Source of the DNA: an uncultured Burkholderiaceae bacterium
GTDB taxonomy: Bacteria; Pseudomonadota; Gammaproteobacteria; Burkholderiales; Burkholderiaceae_C
Direction: 5' to 3'
DNA: 64,000 nucleotides
Assembly: GCA_964439605.1 (NCBI GenBank)
Contig: CAYTPC010000146.1
Span: 17,602 to 81,601, forward strand
Shown here: in pieces, positions 1 to 9,210 of the stretch
How the letters are laid out: the number at the start of each line of letters is the position of its first letter
Position numbering within the stretch: the stretch's first letter is position 1
The notes under the pieces: model-generated
What the model saw: the letters and a program-made list of their open reading frames with translations, nothing else
The model's database searches: none
What the model was told of the DNA's origin: nothing
Translations under genes and position numbers: made by a program

Positions 1-1219
1 GCGCTCCGGTGGAGGCGCCGCAGGTCTCGGTCATGCCCCACACTTCCAGCATCGGCACGCCCAGCGCCAGATACCAGCGGATCAGATCGGGCGCAATCGG
101 CGCCGCGCCGGTAACCAGGCAGCGCGAGTTGTGAATGCCGATCGACTTGCGCACGTTGTTCAGCGCCAGCCAGCGGGCGACTTGAAACCGCGCCTTTAAC
201 ACGGCCGGAACCGGTTTGCGGGCCAGCACGAGGTCGCTGACACGTCGGCCCGTGTCGAGGGCCCAGTCATAGACGGCCCGCTGCAGCCAGGTGGCTTCCT
301 TGAGCGAGATGACCACGTTGGAATAGAACTTTTCCCACACGCGCGGCACGGCGGTGAATACGGTGGGGGCGATTTCGCGGACGTTCTCCGGTACGGTGTC
401 GGGGTTTTCGACGAAGTTCAGCTTGGTGCCGGAGTAGATCGCAAAAAACTCGCCGCCCACACGCTCGGCAATGTGGCACAGCGGCAAAAAGCACATGCAT
501 TCGTCGCGCTCGGTGCGCGGAATCAAGGTGTTGTAGCCACGCACGGTGTAGGTCAGTCCGCCGTGGGTGTGCATGGCGCCCTTGGGTTTGCCAGTGGTGC
601 CGGAGGTATAGACCAAGACGGCCAGATCCTCGGGCCGGCAGGCGGCGATGCGCTCGCGCAATTCATTCGGATGTGTGGCGTGGTAGGTGCGGCCCAGTTC
701 GCGCAGCGCGTCCAGACTGATGACGTCCGGATCGTCCAGATCGTGCAGCCCTTCCATGTCGAACACGATGATCTTCTTGAGCAGCGGCAGTTGTGCGCGC
801 ACTTCGAGCGCCTTGTCGAGTTGCTCGTCGTCTTCCACGAACAGGATCCGGGTGCGCGAATCCTCGCACAGATAGTGCACCTGAGGCGGCGCGTCGGTCG
901 GGTAGATGCCGTTGGACACGCCACGGCAGGACAGCACCGCCAGATCCGACAGCACCCACTCGATCACCGTGTTGGACAGGATCGATACGGTGTCGCCCTC
1001 CTCGAAGCCCAGGCTCAGCAGCCCGTCGGCGATTTCCTGCACTGCGACGCTGACCTGGTTCCAGCTCCAGCTGTTCCAGATACCGAGGTCTTTTTCGCGC
1101 AGCCACACCGTGTCGCCACGTTTGGCCACCGCGTTCCAGAACATCGCGGGAATGGTGTCGCCGTCGAGCACGCTGGCTGTCTGCGGCTGGATGCGCGAGA
1201 GATCCCAAAGATTCGACAT
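1..1219 (-). CDS. AMP-dependent acyl-CoA synthetase/ligase (long-chain-fatty-acid--CoA ligase family). N-terminal part only; the 3' end lies beyond the window start.
   Basis: Absent from the ORF track because it is open at the window edge. My minus-strand translation from ATG 1219..1217 reads MSNLWDLSRIQPQTASVLDGDTIPAMFW... It carries the AMP-binding signature LVYTSGTTGKPKGAMHTH (approx 575-630). A GGAGA Shine-Dalgarno lies in the end of the upstream gene, 2 nt from the LivF-like stop. Confidence 0.8.
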   Translation of the reverse strand, partial: MSNLWDLSRIQPQTASVLDGDTIPAMFWNAVAKRGDTVWLREKDLGIWNSWSWNQVSVAVQEIADGLLSLGFEEGDTVSILSNTVIEWVLSDLAVLSCRGVSNGIYPTDAPPQVHYLCEDSRTRILFVEDDEQLDKALEVRAQLPLLKKIIVFDMEGLHDLDDPDVISLDALRELGRTYHATHPNELRERIAACRPEDLAVLVYTSGTTGKPKGAMHTHGGLTYTVRGYNTLIPRTERDECMCFLPLCHIAERVGGEFFAIYSGTKLNFVENPDTVPENVREIAPTVFTAVPRVWEKFYSNVVISLKEATWLQRAVYDWALDTGRRVSDLVLARKPVPAVLKARFQVARWLALNNVRKSIGIHNSRCLVTGAAPIAPDLIRWYLALGVPMLEVWGMTETCGASTGA

Positions 1220-1221
1220 GC

Positions 1222-2028
1222 CTATCTCCAGGTTTTCCTTTTTTTCCAGCGCCGCTCACCGCGTACGCCGACATCCTTCATGCCGAGATAGAACTCCTTG
1301 ATGTCCTCCTTCTCGCGTAGACGGGCGCAGGTGTCTTCCATGACGATGCGGCCGTTTTCCAGCACATAGCCATAGTCGGCGGTATTGAGCGCCATGTTGG
1401 CGTTTTGCTCGACCAGCAAAATGGTGGTGCCGCGCTCCCGATTGATGCGCACCACGATTTCAAAGATTTCCTTGGTCAAGCGCGGCGACAGGCCAAGACT
1501 GGGTTCGTCCAGCAGGATCAGGTCGGGCGCGGCCATCAGTGCCCGGCTGATGGACAGCATCTGCTGCTGGCCGCCGGACAGCAGGCCAGCGTCTTGCGTG
1601 GCGCGCTCTTTCAGAATCGGGAAGTAGGCATACACCTGCTCCATGTCGCGCGTCACGCCGTCGCGGTCTTTGCGGGTATAGGCGCCCATGAGCAGGTTGT
1701 CGCGCACCGACAGCAGTGGGAATACCTCGCGCCCTTCGGGGACATGCGACAGCCCCTGGCGCACGATGTAGGCCGGGTCGCGGGCGGTGATGTTGCTGCC
1801 ATTGAACTCGACCACGCCCTTGAGCGGATCAATGATGCCGGAAATGGTTTTCAGGATCGTGCTCTTGCCGGCGCCATTGCTGCCGAGCACGGTGACGATT
1901 TGGCCCCGTGGCACTTGCAGGCTGATGCCGCGGATGGCTTTGACGGGACCGTAGGCGCTTTCAACGTTCAGCAGCTTGAGCACGACGTTGGCGCTTTGAC
2001 TGGCGGGGGGCGGCGGCGCGGCGGTCAT
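1222..2028 (-). CDS. Branched-chain amino acid-type ABC transporter, ATP-binding protein (LivF-like)
   Basis: 268-aa ORF. Walker A GSNGAGKST, ABC signature LSGGQQQML, Walker B LILLDEPSLGL. ATGA overlap with the upstream ATPase gene. Confidence 0.85.
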   Translation of the reverse strand: MTAAPPPPASQSANVVLKLLNVESAYGPVKAIRGISLQVPRGQIVTVLGSNGAGKSTILKTISGIIDPLKGVVEFNGSNITARDPAYIVRQGLSHVPEGREVFPLLSVRDNLLMGAYTRKDRDGVTRDMEQVYAYFPILKERATQDAGLLSGGQQQMLSISRALMAAPDLILLDEPSLGLSPRLTKEIFEIVVRINRERGTTILLVEQNANMALNTADYGYVLENGRIVMEDTCARLREKEDIKEFYLGMKDVGVRGERRWKKRKTWR

Positions 2029-2837
2029 GCCGTTCTCCTCAGTGAGGCTACGTCGTCGATCGAACCGAGATAGGCCTCGGCCACGGCAGGATCGGCCTGC
2101 ACTTCGCGCGGCGTGCCCGTGGCCAGCACCTGACCCTGGTTCATCGCCACCACGCGGTCGGACACGCGCGACACCAGCGTCATGTCGTGCTCCACCATCA
2201 GCACGGTAACGCCCAACTCGCGCACGATGTCCTGAATCCAGAACGACATGTCGTCGGTCTCCTCGACATTGAGGCCGGACGAAGGTTCATCCAATAACAA
2301 AAGCCGCGGCTCGGCGCACAGGGCGCGCGCCAGTTCCACCACCTTGCGCACGCCGTAGGGCAGGCCGGCCACCAGCGTCTCGCGGTAATGTTGCAAGTCG
2401 AGCAGGTCAATCACGTGCTCGACGCGCTCGCGTGCCTGCAACTCCGCCGCGCGCGTGGCGGGCGTGAACAGCAGCTCGCTCCAAAATCCCGTCTGCCGAT
2501 GCGTGTGGCGCCCGATCAGCAAGTTGTGCAGAACCGTGGCCTGCTCGAACAGCTCGATGTTCTGGAAGGTGCGCGCAATGCCCAGCGAAGCCACCCGGTG
2601 CGGTGGCTGCGTCAACAGCCGGATCGTTCCGTGGGGTCCCGCGTAGTTGATCTCGCCGCTCGTGGGGGTATAGATGCGGCTGATCAGATTGAATACCGTG
2701 GTCTTGCCAGCGCCGTTGGGGCCGATCAGCGTGAGCACTTCGCCGCGCCGCACGTCGAAGCTGACATCGTTGACGGCCAGCACGCCGCCGAAGCGCACGC
2801 GGAGGTTTCTGGCCGAAAGAAGGATATCGTCACTCAT
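2025..2837 (-). CDS. Branched-chain amino acid-type ABC transporter, ATP-binding protein (LivG-like)
   Basis: Walker [10 protein letters not shown], LivG-type C-terminal region, Walker [16 protein letters not shown] at 2837 is preferred; the track starts at GTG 2840. It overlaps the permease stop. Confidence 0.85.
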   Translation of the reverse strand: MSDDILLSARNLRVRFGGVLAVNDVSFDVRRGEVLTLIGPNGAGKTTVFNLISRIYTPTSGEINYAGPHGTIRLLTQPPHRVASLGIARTFQNIELFEQATVLHNLLIGRHTHRQTGFWSELLFTPATRAAELQARERVEHVIDLLDLQHYRETLVAGLPYGVRKVVELARALCAEPRLLLLDEPSSGLNVEETDDMSFWIQDIVRELGVTVLMVEHDMTLVSRVSDRVVAMNQGQVLATGTPREVQADPAVAEAYLGSIDDVASLRRTA

Positions 2838-3913
2838 CACTTCAACCTATCGGACTTCTGGAAGGTCTTCTGACGCTTGAACATGCCCTTGCGGTAGAAG
2901 GGAAACAGCTCCAGCCAGGTGCGAATTTTCAGCCAACGGCCATACAGGCCAAGAGGCTCGAACAGCACGAACGCAATCAGTACCACGCCGTACACCACGG
3001 CCTGAAGGCCCGGCGCTTGGCCGATGGCGTCGGGCAGATAGTCCTTTGCGAGCGCGATCAGTTGCGGCATGGCGATCAGGAATATGGCGCCCAGGAACGC
3101 GCCATGCACTGAACCGAGGCCGCCGACCACCACCAGCAGCAGCAGGTCCACGGATTGGAAAATGCTGAACTGATCGGGCGACAGAAAGCGCAGCTTGTGC
3201 GCGTACAGGGCGCCGCCCAGCCCGGCCAGCGCGGCCGAGAAGGCGAACGCCAAGGTCTTGTAGCGTGCCAAATGAATGCCCATGCTCTGCGCCGAAATCT
3301 CCGAATCGCGGATAGCGACGAAGGCGCGTCCAGTTGGGCTGCGCAGCAGGTTGAGCGTACCCAGGGTTACCAGCACAGTGGTCACCAGGCAGATGAAATA
3401 AAAACCTTCCGATGAATTAATCTGCCAACTGAAGATGACGGGCGGCTTGACGTGCATGCCGGCGTTGCCACCAGTCACGCTTTCCCAGCGCGCGAACACC
3501 TCCTCGACGATGAAGCCGAACGCCAGGGTGGCAATAGCCAGATAGATGCCCTTGACGCGCAGCGCGGGCAATCCGACCACCACACCGACCGCAGCCGCCA
3601 GCACGGCCGCGCAGGCCATGGCGATCGGGAACGGCACCCCCAGATTGGTCAACACCGCTTGGGTGTATGCGCCCACCCCCATGAAGGCGGCGTGCCCCAT
3701 CGAGAATTGACCCGTGAAGCCGGACAGCAGCATCAACCCCAGTCCGACGATGCCGTAAATCAGCACGAAAGTCAGTTGAGCCAGCCAGTACGCCGGCATC
3801 AGCCAAGGCGCGGCCAGCAATAGCAGCAATAGCAGCGAATACCAGAACACGTGGCCGCCGTGCTTGGCCAGGCGGATGTCCTGCTCATAACTGGTCTTGA
3901 AGATGAAGCGCAT
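2837..3913 (-). CDS. Branched-chain amino acid-type ABC transporter permease (LivM-like)
   Basis: 358-aa polytopic membrane ORF (…[33 protein letters not shown]…), in operon order with the LivH/G/F-like genes. Confidence 0.85.
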   Translation of the reverse strand: MRFIFKTSYEQDIRLAKHGGHVFWYSLLLLLLLAAPWLMPAYWLAQLTFVLIYGIVGLGLMLLSGFTGQFSMGHAAFMGVGAYTQAVLTNLGVPFPIAMACAAVLAAAVGVVVGLPALRVKGIYLAIATLAFGFIVEEVFARWESVTGGNAGMHVKPPVIFSWQINSSEGFYFICLVTTVLVTLGTLNLLRSPTGRAFVAIRDSEISAQSMGIHLARYKTLAFAFSAALAGLGGALYAHKLRFLSPDQFSIFQSVDLLLLVVVGGLGSVHGAFLGAIFLIAMPQLIALAKDYLPDAIGQAPGLQAVVYGVVLIAFVLFEPLGLYGRWLKIRTWLELFPFYRKGMFKRQKTFQKSDRLK

Positions 3914-3927
3914 CGCGGTTCAGGCCC

Positions 3928-4803
3928 TTATACCTTCTTGCGCAGCCGTTCGCCGAACAGGCCGTTGGGCCTGATCATCAGCATGAGCAGCACCACAATA
4001 TAGGCGGCGGTGTCCTTGAATCCTTCGGGCAAATAAAAGCCCGCCAGCGACTCGATCACCCCGATGATCAGCCCGCCCACGATGCTGCCCGGCAAGCTGC
4101 CAAAGCCGCCGACCACCGCCGCCGGAAACGCTTTCATGCCAATCAAGCCCATGTTGGCATGGACGAAGGTAATGGGCGCCAACAGCAGCCCGGCGACCGC
4201 CGCCACCGCCGCCGCCAGCCCCCACGCCAGACCGTTCAGCCGCTTGACCGGAATACCCATGTAGTACGCCGCCAGTTGGTTCTGTGACGACGCCTGCATG
4301 GCGATGCCCAGTTTGCTGTACTTGAACATGACGTACAGCCCCGCGCACAGCAGCGTGGTCACGGCGATCACCACCAGTTGCTCGGCGCTGAGCACCAGTT
4401 CGCCGAAGTTCCAGGTCATATCCTTGTATGGCACTGGCAAGGTGTGGGTTTCGGTGCCGATGCCGGGAATGACCGTAATCAGGCCGCGCGCCACGTAACC
4501 GATGCCGATGGTCAGCATCACGACAGAAAATGCAGGCTGGCCCAGGATGGGCCGGATGATGATGCTCTCCAGCAGTACGCCGAACACCGCCATCGCGGCA
4601 ATGGCCGCCAGTACCGACAGCCAGAAGGGGAAGCTCAGCATCGTCATGCACGCCAAGCCACAGAACGCGCCCAGCATCATCAGCTCACCTTGGGCAAAAC
4701 TGACGGTCTCGGTAGCCTTGTAGATCAGCACGAAGCCGAGCGCGATCAAGCCGTAGATGCAACCTTGGGCGGTGCCACTGATCACTAACTGCAGAAATTG
4801 CAA
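3928..4803 (-). CDS. Branched-chain amino acid-type ABC transporter permease (LivH-like)
   Basis: 291-aa membrane ORF MQFLQLVISGTAQGCIYGLIALGFVLIYKATETVSFAQGELMMLGAF…, a typical LivH N-terminus. Confidence 0.85.
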   Translation of the reverse strand: MQFLQLVISGTAQGCIYGLIALGFVLIYKATETVSFAQGELMMLGAFCGLACMTMLSFPFWLSVLAAIAAMAVFGVLLESIIIRPILGQPAFSVVMLTIGIGYVARGLITVIPGIGTETHTLPVPYKDMTWNFGELVLSAEQLVVIAVTTLLCAGLYVMFKYSKLGIAMQASSQNQLAAYYMGIPVKRLNGLAWGLAAAVAAVAGLLLAPITFVHANMGLIGMKAFPAAVVGGFGSLPGSIVGGLIIGVIESLAGFYLPEGFKDTAAYIVVLLMLMIRPNGLFGERLRKKV

Positions 4804-4853
4804 ACTGTCTCTCCGGTCGAGTATGTGGTCGTCGTCGATACATACCGTTTATA

Positions 4854-5180
4854 TTATGAAGAGCGCAGAAAACAGTACCAAAAAACCCTAACAGGTTCCT
4901 GAATTATGGTTTTGGATTGGGGATTTTTGTTTTTTAGGTGTTTTGCCTCTTGTGCATTTGCCGGGAGTCGCATCGGCAATAAACATACCGGGATTTTCCG
5001 GTTCTCCGGTTCGTATCCCAGATGTCTCATGGCGGCGAGGAAAACTTGCCTGACCTGACCAGCGGATCCGCCTTCTGGTGCAATCTGACCCAAGGATAGT
5101 GTTGCAGGTTCGTCGGCCGATGCGACGGACGCCGTCATGGCAATGGCCAATGACAGCGCCCGACTTATCGTGGCAAGCAC
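4854..5180 (-). pseudogene. Possible remnant of a periplasmic ABC substrate-binding protein gene (N-terminal ~60 codons only)
   Basis: The 108-aa ORF starts with a signal-peptide-like segment (LSLAIAMTASVASA). It continues LSLGQIAPEGGSAGQVRQVFLAAMRHLGYEPENRKI, which resembles the N-terminus of ABC_sub_bind-type binding proteins (…FRQGLRELGYVEGxNI…). The remaining ~45 codons run into an AT-rich stretch (4855-4960) with no protein-like character. Confidence 0.3.
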
Positions 5181-5258
5181 GGCAGCCTTGCTTTTACTGC
5201 ATCAATGACGGCCAACCGGGGGTTTACTGAATTTTGGATTTCCACCGGCGGCCGTATT

Positions 5259-6101
5259 TCACCGGTTGTTCCGCTGCATGAACACCAGTTTCTCGAACAG
5301 CGTCACGTCCTGTTCATTTTTGAGCAAGGCACCCACCAGCGGCGGCACGGTCACCTTGTCGTCCTTGCTTTGCAGGGCTTCGAGCGGAATGTCCTCGGCC
5401 ACCAGCAGCTTGAGCCAGTCGAGCAGTTCGGATGTCGACGGCTTTTTCTTCAGGCCAGGCAGGTTGCGCACGTCGTAGAAGGTCTTCATCGCCGCCGTCA
5501 GCAGCGTCTGCTTGAGATCGGGGAAGTGCACGTCAACGATGCGCTTCATCGTCTCCGGATCAGGAAACTTGATGTAGTGGAAGAAGCAACGGCGCAAGAA
5601 GGCATCGGGTAGTTCCTTCTCGTTGTTGGAGGTGATGAACACCAGCGGCCTGTGTTTGGCTCGAACGAGTTCGCGCGTCTCATAGCAGTAGAACTCCATG
5701 CGGTCGAGCTCGCGCAGCAGGTCGTTGGGAAACTCGATGTCGGCTTTGTCGATTTCGTCGATTAGCAGCGCAATCGGCTCGTCGGCCGTGAAGGCCTGCC
5801 ACAGCACGCCCTTGACGATGTAGTTCTGGATGTCCTTGACGCGCTCGTCGCCCAGTTGCGAGTCGCGCAAACGGTTCACGGCGTCGTACTCGTACAGACC
5901 CTGCTGGGCCTTGGTGGTCGATTTGATGTGCCATTGCAGCAGCGGCAAGCCCAGCGCTTGCGCGACCTCCTCGGCCAACATCGTTTTGCCGGTTCCGGGT
6001 TCGCCCTTGACCAGCAAAGGCCGCTTGAGTGTGATGGATGCGTTGACCGCCAACATCAGGTCTTGTGTGGCGACGTAGTTATCAGAACCTTGGAATTTCA
6101 T
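5259..6101 (-). CDS. MoxR/CbbQ/NorQ-like AAA+ ATPase (AAA_5 type)
   Basis: 280-aa ORF. Walker A GEPGTGKTMLAEEVA, Walker B ALLIDEIDKA, and the typical YEYDAVNRLRDSQLG segment. Confidence 0.8.
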   Translation of the reverse strand: MKFQGSDNYVATQDLMLAVNASITLKRPLLVKGEPGTGKTMLAEEVAQALGLPLLQWHIKSTTKAQQGLYEYDAVNRLRDSQLGDERVKDIQNYIVKGVLWQAFTADEPIALLIDEIDKADIEFPNDLLRELDRMEFYCYETRELVRAKHRPLVFITSNNEKELPDAFLRRCFFHYIKFPDPETMKRIVDVHFPDLKQTLLTAAMKTFYDVRNLPGLKKKPSTSELLDWLKLLVAEDIPLEALQSKDDKVTVPPLVGALLKNEQDVTLFEKLVFMQRNNR

Positions 6102-6261
6102 TTTGGGCGCAAGGAGTTAAAGCAACAAAGACAAAAAGCGTACCCGAGTTTTGGCCTTCTTACGGGCCGTGTTGTCACCTATGCGATGCGGGCGTGCCAA
6201 AGCGACGTCGAAAAGACGATGAACAGGCGCTAAAAAAAGGCCTGAACAAGCTGGCAGCGTT

Positions 6262-7821
6262 TTAATGCGCCCCGGCCGCCGCATCAGCCGCGCCTGCGTC
6301 GTGTGAGGGCCTGGCGAGCCACACAAAGGGGATCAGCGCCAGGAACAACAACGCCGAAACGTGAAACACGTCGGAAACCGCCAGCATGAAAGCTTGCTGG
6401 TCAGTGAGCCGGTTCAGTTGCATGAGTATCTGCTGGGCGCCCAGGCCCGCGCCATCCAGGCCACGGATCGCACTCGTCAGGGCCGCATTGCCGTTGTTGA
6501 TGGTTTCTGCCAGTTGCGCATGATGCAGCGTGGCGCGGTGGTCCCACAGCGTGGTGGTGATCGAGGTGCCCATCGCGCCGGCAACCATGCGCAGGAAATT
6601 CGACAGGCCCGATGCCGACGGAATCCGCTCGGCCGGAATGCCTGAAAGCGTGATCGTCACCAGCGGAATGAAAAAGCAGGCCGTGGCGATCCCCTGGATG
6701 ATGGTCGGCACCATGATCGTGCCCAGATTGGTGTCGACGGTGAAGTGCGAGCGCATCCACAGCACCAGTGCAAACACGAGAAAGGAGACGGTGGCATAGC
6801 GCCGCGGATCGACGCGCGCGATGGTCAGGCCGACCATCGGGGTCAGTATCACCGCCAGCAATCCGACGGGAGCCATCACCATTCCCGCGATGGTGGCGGT
6901 ATAGCCCATCCATTGCTGCAACCACAGCGGCAGGATCACTACGTTGCCGAAGAACAGGCCAAACCCGACCGCCATGACCACTGATCCAGTCAAGAAATTG
7001 CGACCCTTGAACAGCGAGAGATCAACGACCGGATGCTTGTCGGTCAGTTCCCAGATCAGGAAAAAACAGAACCCGACCGCCGCCACCACCGCCAAGGCGA
7101 CGATCTGGCCCGAGTGGAACCAGTCCAGATCCTTGCCCTTGTCGAGCATGATTTGCAGCGCGCCGACCCAAACCACCAGCAGCGCCAGGCCGACCGCGTC
7201 GATGGGCACTTTGCGCGTCGCGCTCTCGCGCTTGTGATAGATCGCCCAGACGATGCCCGCGGCGATCAGGCCGCCCGGAACATTGATATAGAAAATCCAC
7301 GGCCACGAGATGTTGTCGGTAATCCATCCGCCCAGCAGCGGTCCCATCACGGGCGCGATCAGCGTGGTCATCGACCACATGGCCATCGCCGTGCCGGCCT
7401 TGGCCCTCGGGTAGGAAGACAGCAGCAGCGTCTGCGACAGCGGAATCATCGGCCCGGCGACGAAGCCTTGCAGCACCCGAAAGGCGATCAGCATCGTCAT
7501 GTTCGGCGCCAGGCCGCACAGCGCCGAGCTGACGATGAACAGCAGTACGCTCAACAGAAACAGCCGCACCTGCCCGAAACGCTGGGTGAGCCAGCCCGTC
7601 AGCGGCACTGCGATCGCATTGGCGACGCCGAAGCTCGTGATGACCCACGTGCCCTGCGAGATACTCACCCCCAGATCGCCGGAAATGGCCGGCAGCGACA
7701 CGTTGGCGATCGACGAATCGAGCACGTTCATGAAGGTCGCCGCCGACAGGGCGAGCGTGCCCCACACGCGCGCGGCGCCTTCAAGCGGCGGCAACGGCTT
7801 GAAGGACGAAGCGGCAGTCAT
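6262..7821 (-). CDS. MFS drug-efflux transporter, DHA2 (EmrB/QacA) family
   Basis: 519-aa ORF, length consistent with 14 TMS. N-terminal motif FMNVLDSSIANVSLPAISGDLG. Lies downstream of the HlyD-type adaptor gene. Confidence 0.85.
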   Translation of the reverse strand: MTAASSFKPLPPLEGAARVWGTLALSAATFMNVLDSSIANVSLPAISGDLGVSISQGTWVITSFGVANAIAVPLTGWLTQRFGQVRLFLLSVLLFIVSSALCGLAPNMTMLIAFRVLQGFVAGPMIPLSQTLLLSSYPRAKAGTAMAMWSMTTLIAPVMGPLLGGWITDNISWPWIFYINVPGGLIAAGIVWAIYHKRESATRKVPIDAVGLALLVVWVGALQIMLDKGKDLDWFHSGQIVALAVVAAVGFCFFLIWELTDKHPVVDLSLFKGRNFLTGSVVMAVGFGLFFGNVVILPLWLQQWMGYTATIAGMVMAPVGLLAVILTPMVGLTIARVDPRRYATVSFLVFALVLWMRSHFTVDTNLGTIMVPTIIQGIATACFFIPLVTITLSGIPAERIPSASGLSNFLRMVAGAMGTSITTTLWDHRATLHHAQLAETINNGNAALTSAIRGLDGAGLGAQQILMQLNRLTDQQAFMLAVSDVFHVSALLFLALIPFVWLARPSHDAGAADAAAGAH

Positions 7822-7871
7822 GCAGCGATTTTGACGAATGCGCCCGGATGGATCGCCCGGTTACCGGCCGC

Positions 7872-9182
7872 TCAATCCGAATGACGGTTGGTGTGAACGG
7901 GCAGCAGGGGCCGGCCAAAGTTGGCCGCGATGACGCGCCTGACCTCGGCATCGGCGCCACGGTCGAGGTCGCTGTAGACCTGCGTTTGCGCCAGCGGCGT
8001 CTGGCGCGGCGCGTTGGCCAGCATCTTGCCGCTGCGGTCGCGCACGTCCACTTCGGCGTCCATCGACAGGCCCACGCGCAGCGGATGCGTTTTGAGCTGT
8101 TCGGGATCGAGTTCGATGCGCACCGGCACGCGCTGTACCACCTTGATCCAGTTGCCGGTGGCGTTCTGCGCCGGCAGCAGCGAGAAGGCTGCGCCAGTGC
8201 CCACGCCCAGTCCGGCCACCTTGCCGGTGTACTGCACTTTGCCGCCGTACATGTCGGCGGTGAGCGTGGCCGGCTGGCCCAGGCGGATGTTGCGCAACTG
8301 CACTTCCTTGAAGTTCGCATCGACCCATACACCTGCGAGCGGCACCACCGACATCATCGGCGTGCCGGCCGCCACGCGCTGGCCCAATTGCACGGTGCGC
8401 TTGGCCACGTAGCCATCGACCGGCGCCAGCAGCCGCGTGCGCTGGAGCGCCAGGTAGGCCTCGCGCACCTTGGCGGCGGCGGCCTGCACGCTCGGGTGCT
8501 GCTCGATGCTGGTGCCGTCTGTGAGTGAGCGGTTGCTCGCAAGCTGCTCGCGCGCGGCGGTCACACCGGCCTGCGCGGAGGCCAATGCGCTCTTGGCGTT
8601 TGCCAGGGCCGTCTCGGCATGGTTGAGTTCTTCCTTGGACACCGCGCCATTGCCGGACAGCGCACGGCGGCGTTGCAGGTCGTCCTGTGCGCGTGCGATA
8701 TCGCTCTGTGCCTTGGCGATGTCGGTCTCGCGCAGCGTCACTTGCGCCGCCAGCGAGCCATTGTTGAGATACAGCGTGCGCACTTGCCGTACCGCCTGTC
8801 CGAGCGCGGCTTCGGCCTGCTCGAGCGCCACCTTGGCATCGGCCGGATCGAGCTGGACCAGGAGTTGGCCAGTTTTGACGAAATCGGTGTCATCGACCAT
8901 GAGGGTCATGACGGTGCCGCCGATTTGGGGCGTGATCTGGATCACGTTGCCCTGCACATAGGCGTTGTCGGTTGATTCGTAGCGGCTTGCCACCATCCAC
9001 TCGTACAAGCCCCAGCCCGCGGCAGCGACGACGACGACCGCCGTGAGCATGCCCAGGGCGCGGCGGCGCTTGCCGTCGGCCGCCGAAAAACGGGAAGCGG
9101 GGGAGAGCGCCGCACGGCCTGCCACGGGCGCGGCCGGCGCCTGGGCGGCAGACGCTGGTTGTTTGTTCTGACTGTCTGTCAT
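7872..9182 (-). CDS. HlyD/EmrA-family membrane fusion (periplasmic adaptor) protein
   Basis: 436-aa ORF with a single N-terminal TM (LGMLTAVVVVAAAGWGLY), a long coiled-coil region, and a barrel-sandwich segment (YVQGNVIQITPQIGGTV…VKTGQLLVQLD). Confidence 0.85.
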   Translation of the reverse strand: MTDSQNKQPASAAQAPAAPVAGRAALSPASRFSAADGKRRRALGMLTAVVVVAAAGWGLYEWMVASRYESTDNAYVQGNVIQITPQIGGTVMTLMVDDTDFVKTGQLLVQLDPADAKVALEQAEAALGQAVRQVRTLYLNNGSLAAQVTLRETDIAKAQSDIARAQDDLQRRRALSGNGAVSKEELNHAETALANAKSALASAQAGVTAAREQLASNRSLTDGTSIEQHPSVQAAAAKVREAYLALQRTRLLAPVDGYVAKRTVQLGQRVAAGTPMMSVVPLAGVWVDANFKEVQLRNIRLGQPATLTADMYGGKVQYTGKVAGLGVGTGAAFSLLPAQNATGNWIKVVQRVPVRIELDPEQLKTHPLRVGLSMDAEVDVRDRSGKMLANAPRQTPLAQTQVYSDLDRGADAEVRRVIAANFGRPLLPVHTNRHSD

Positions 9183-9210
9183 GGTGTGATGTCTTTCAAA
9201 ATGCGGTGTA

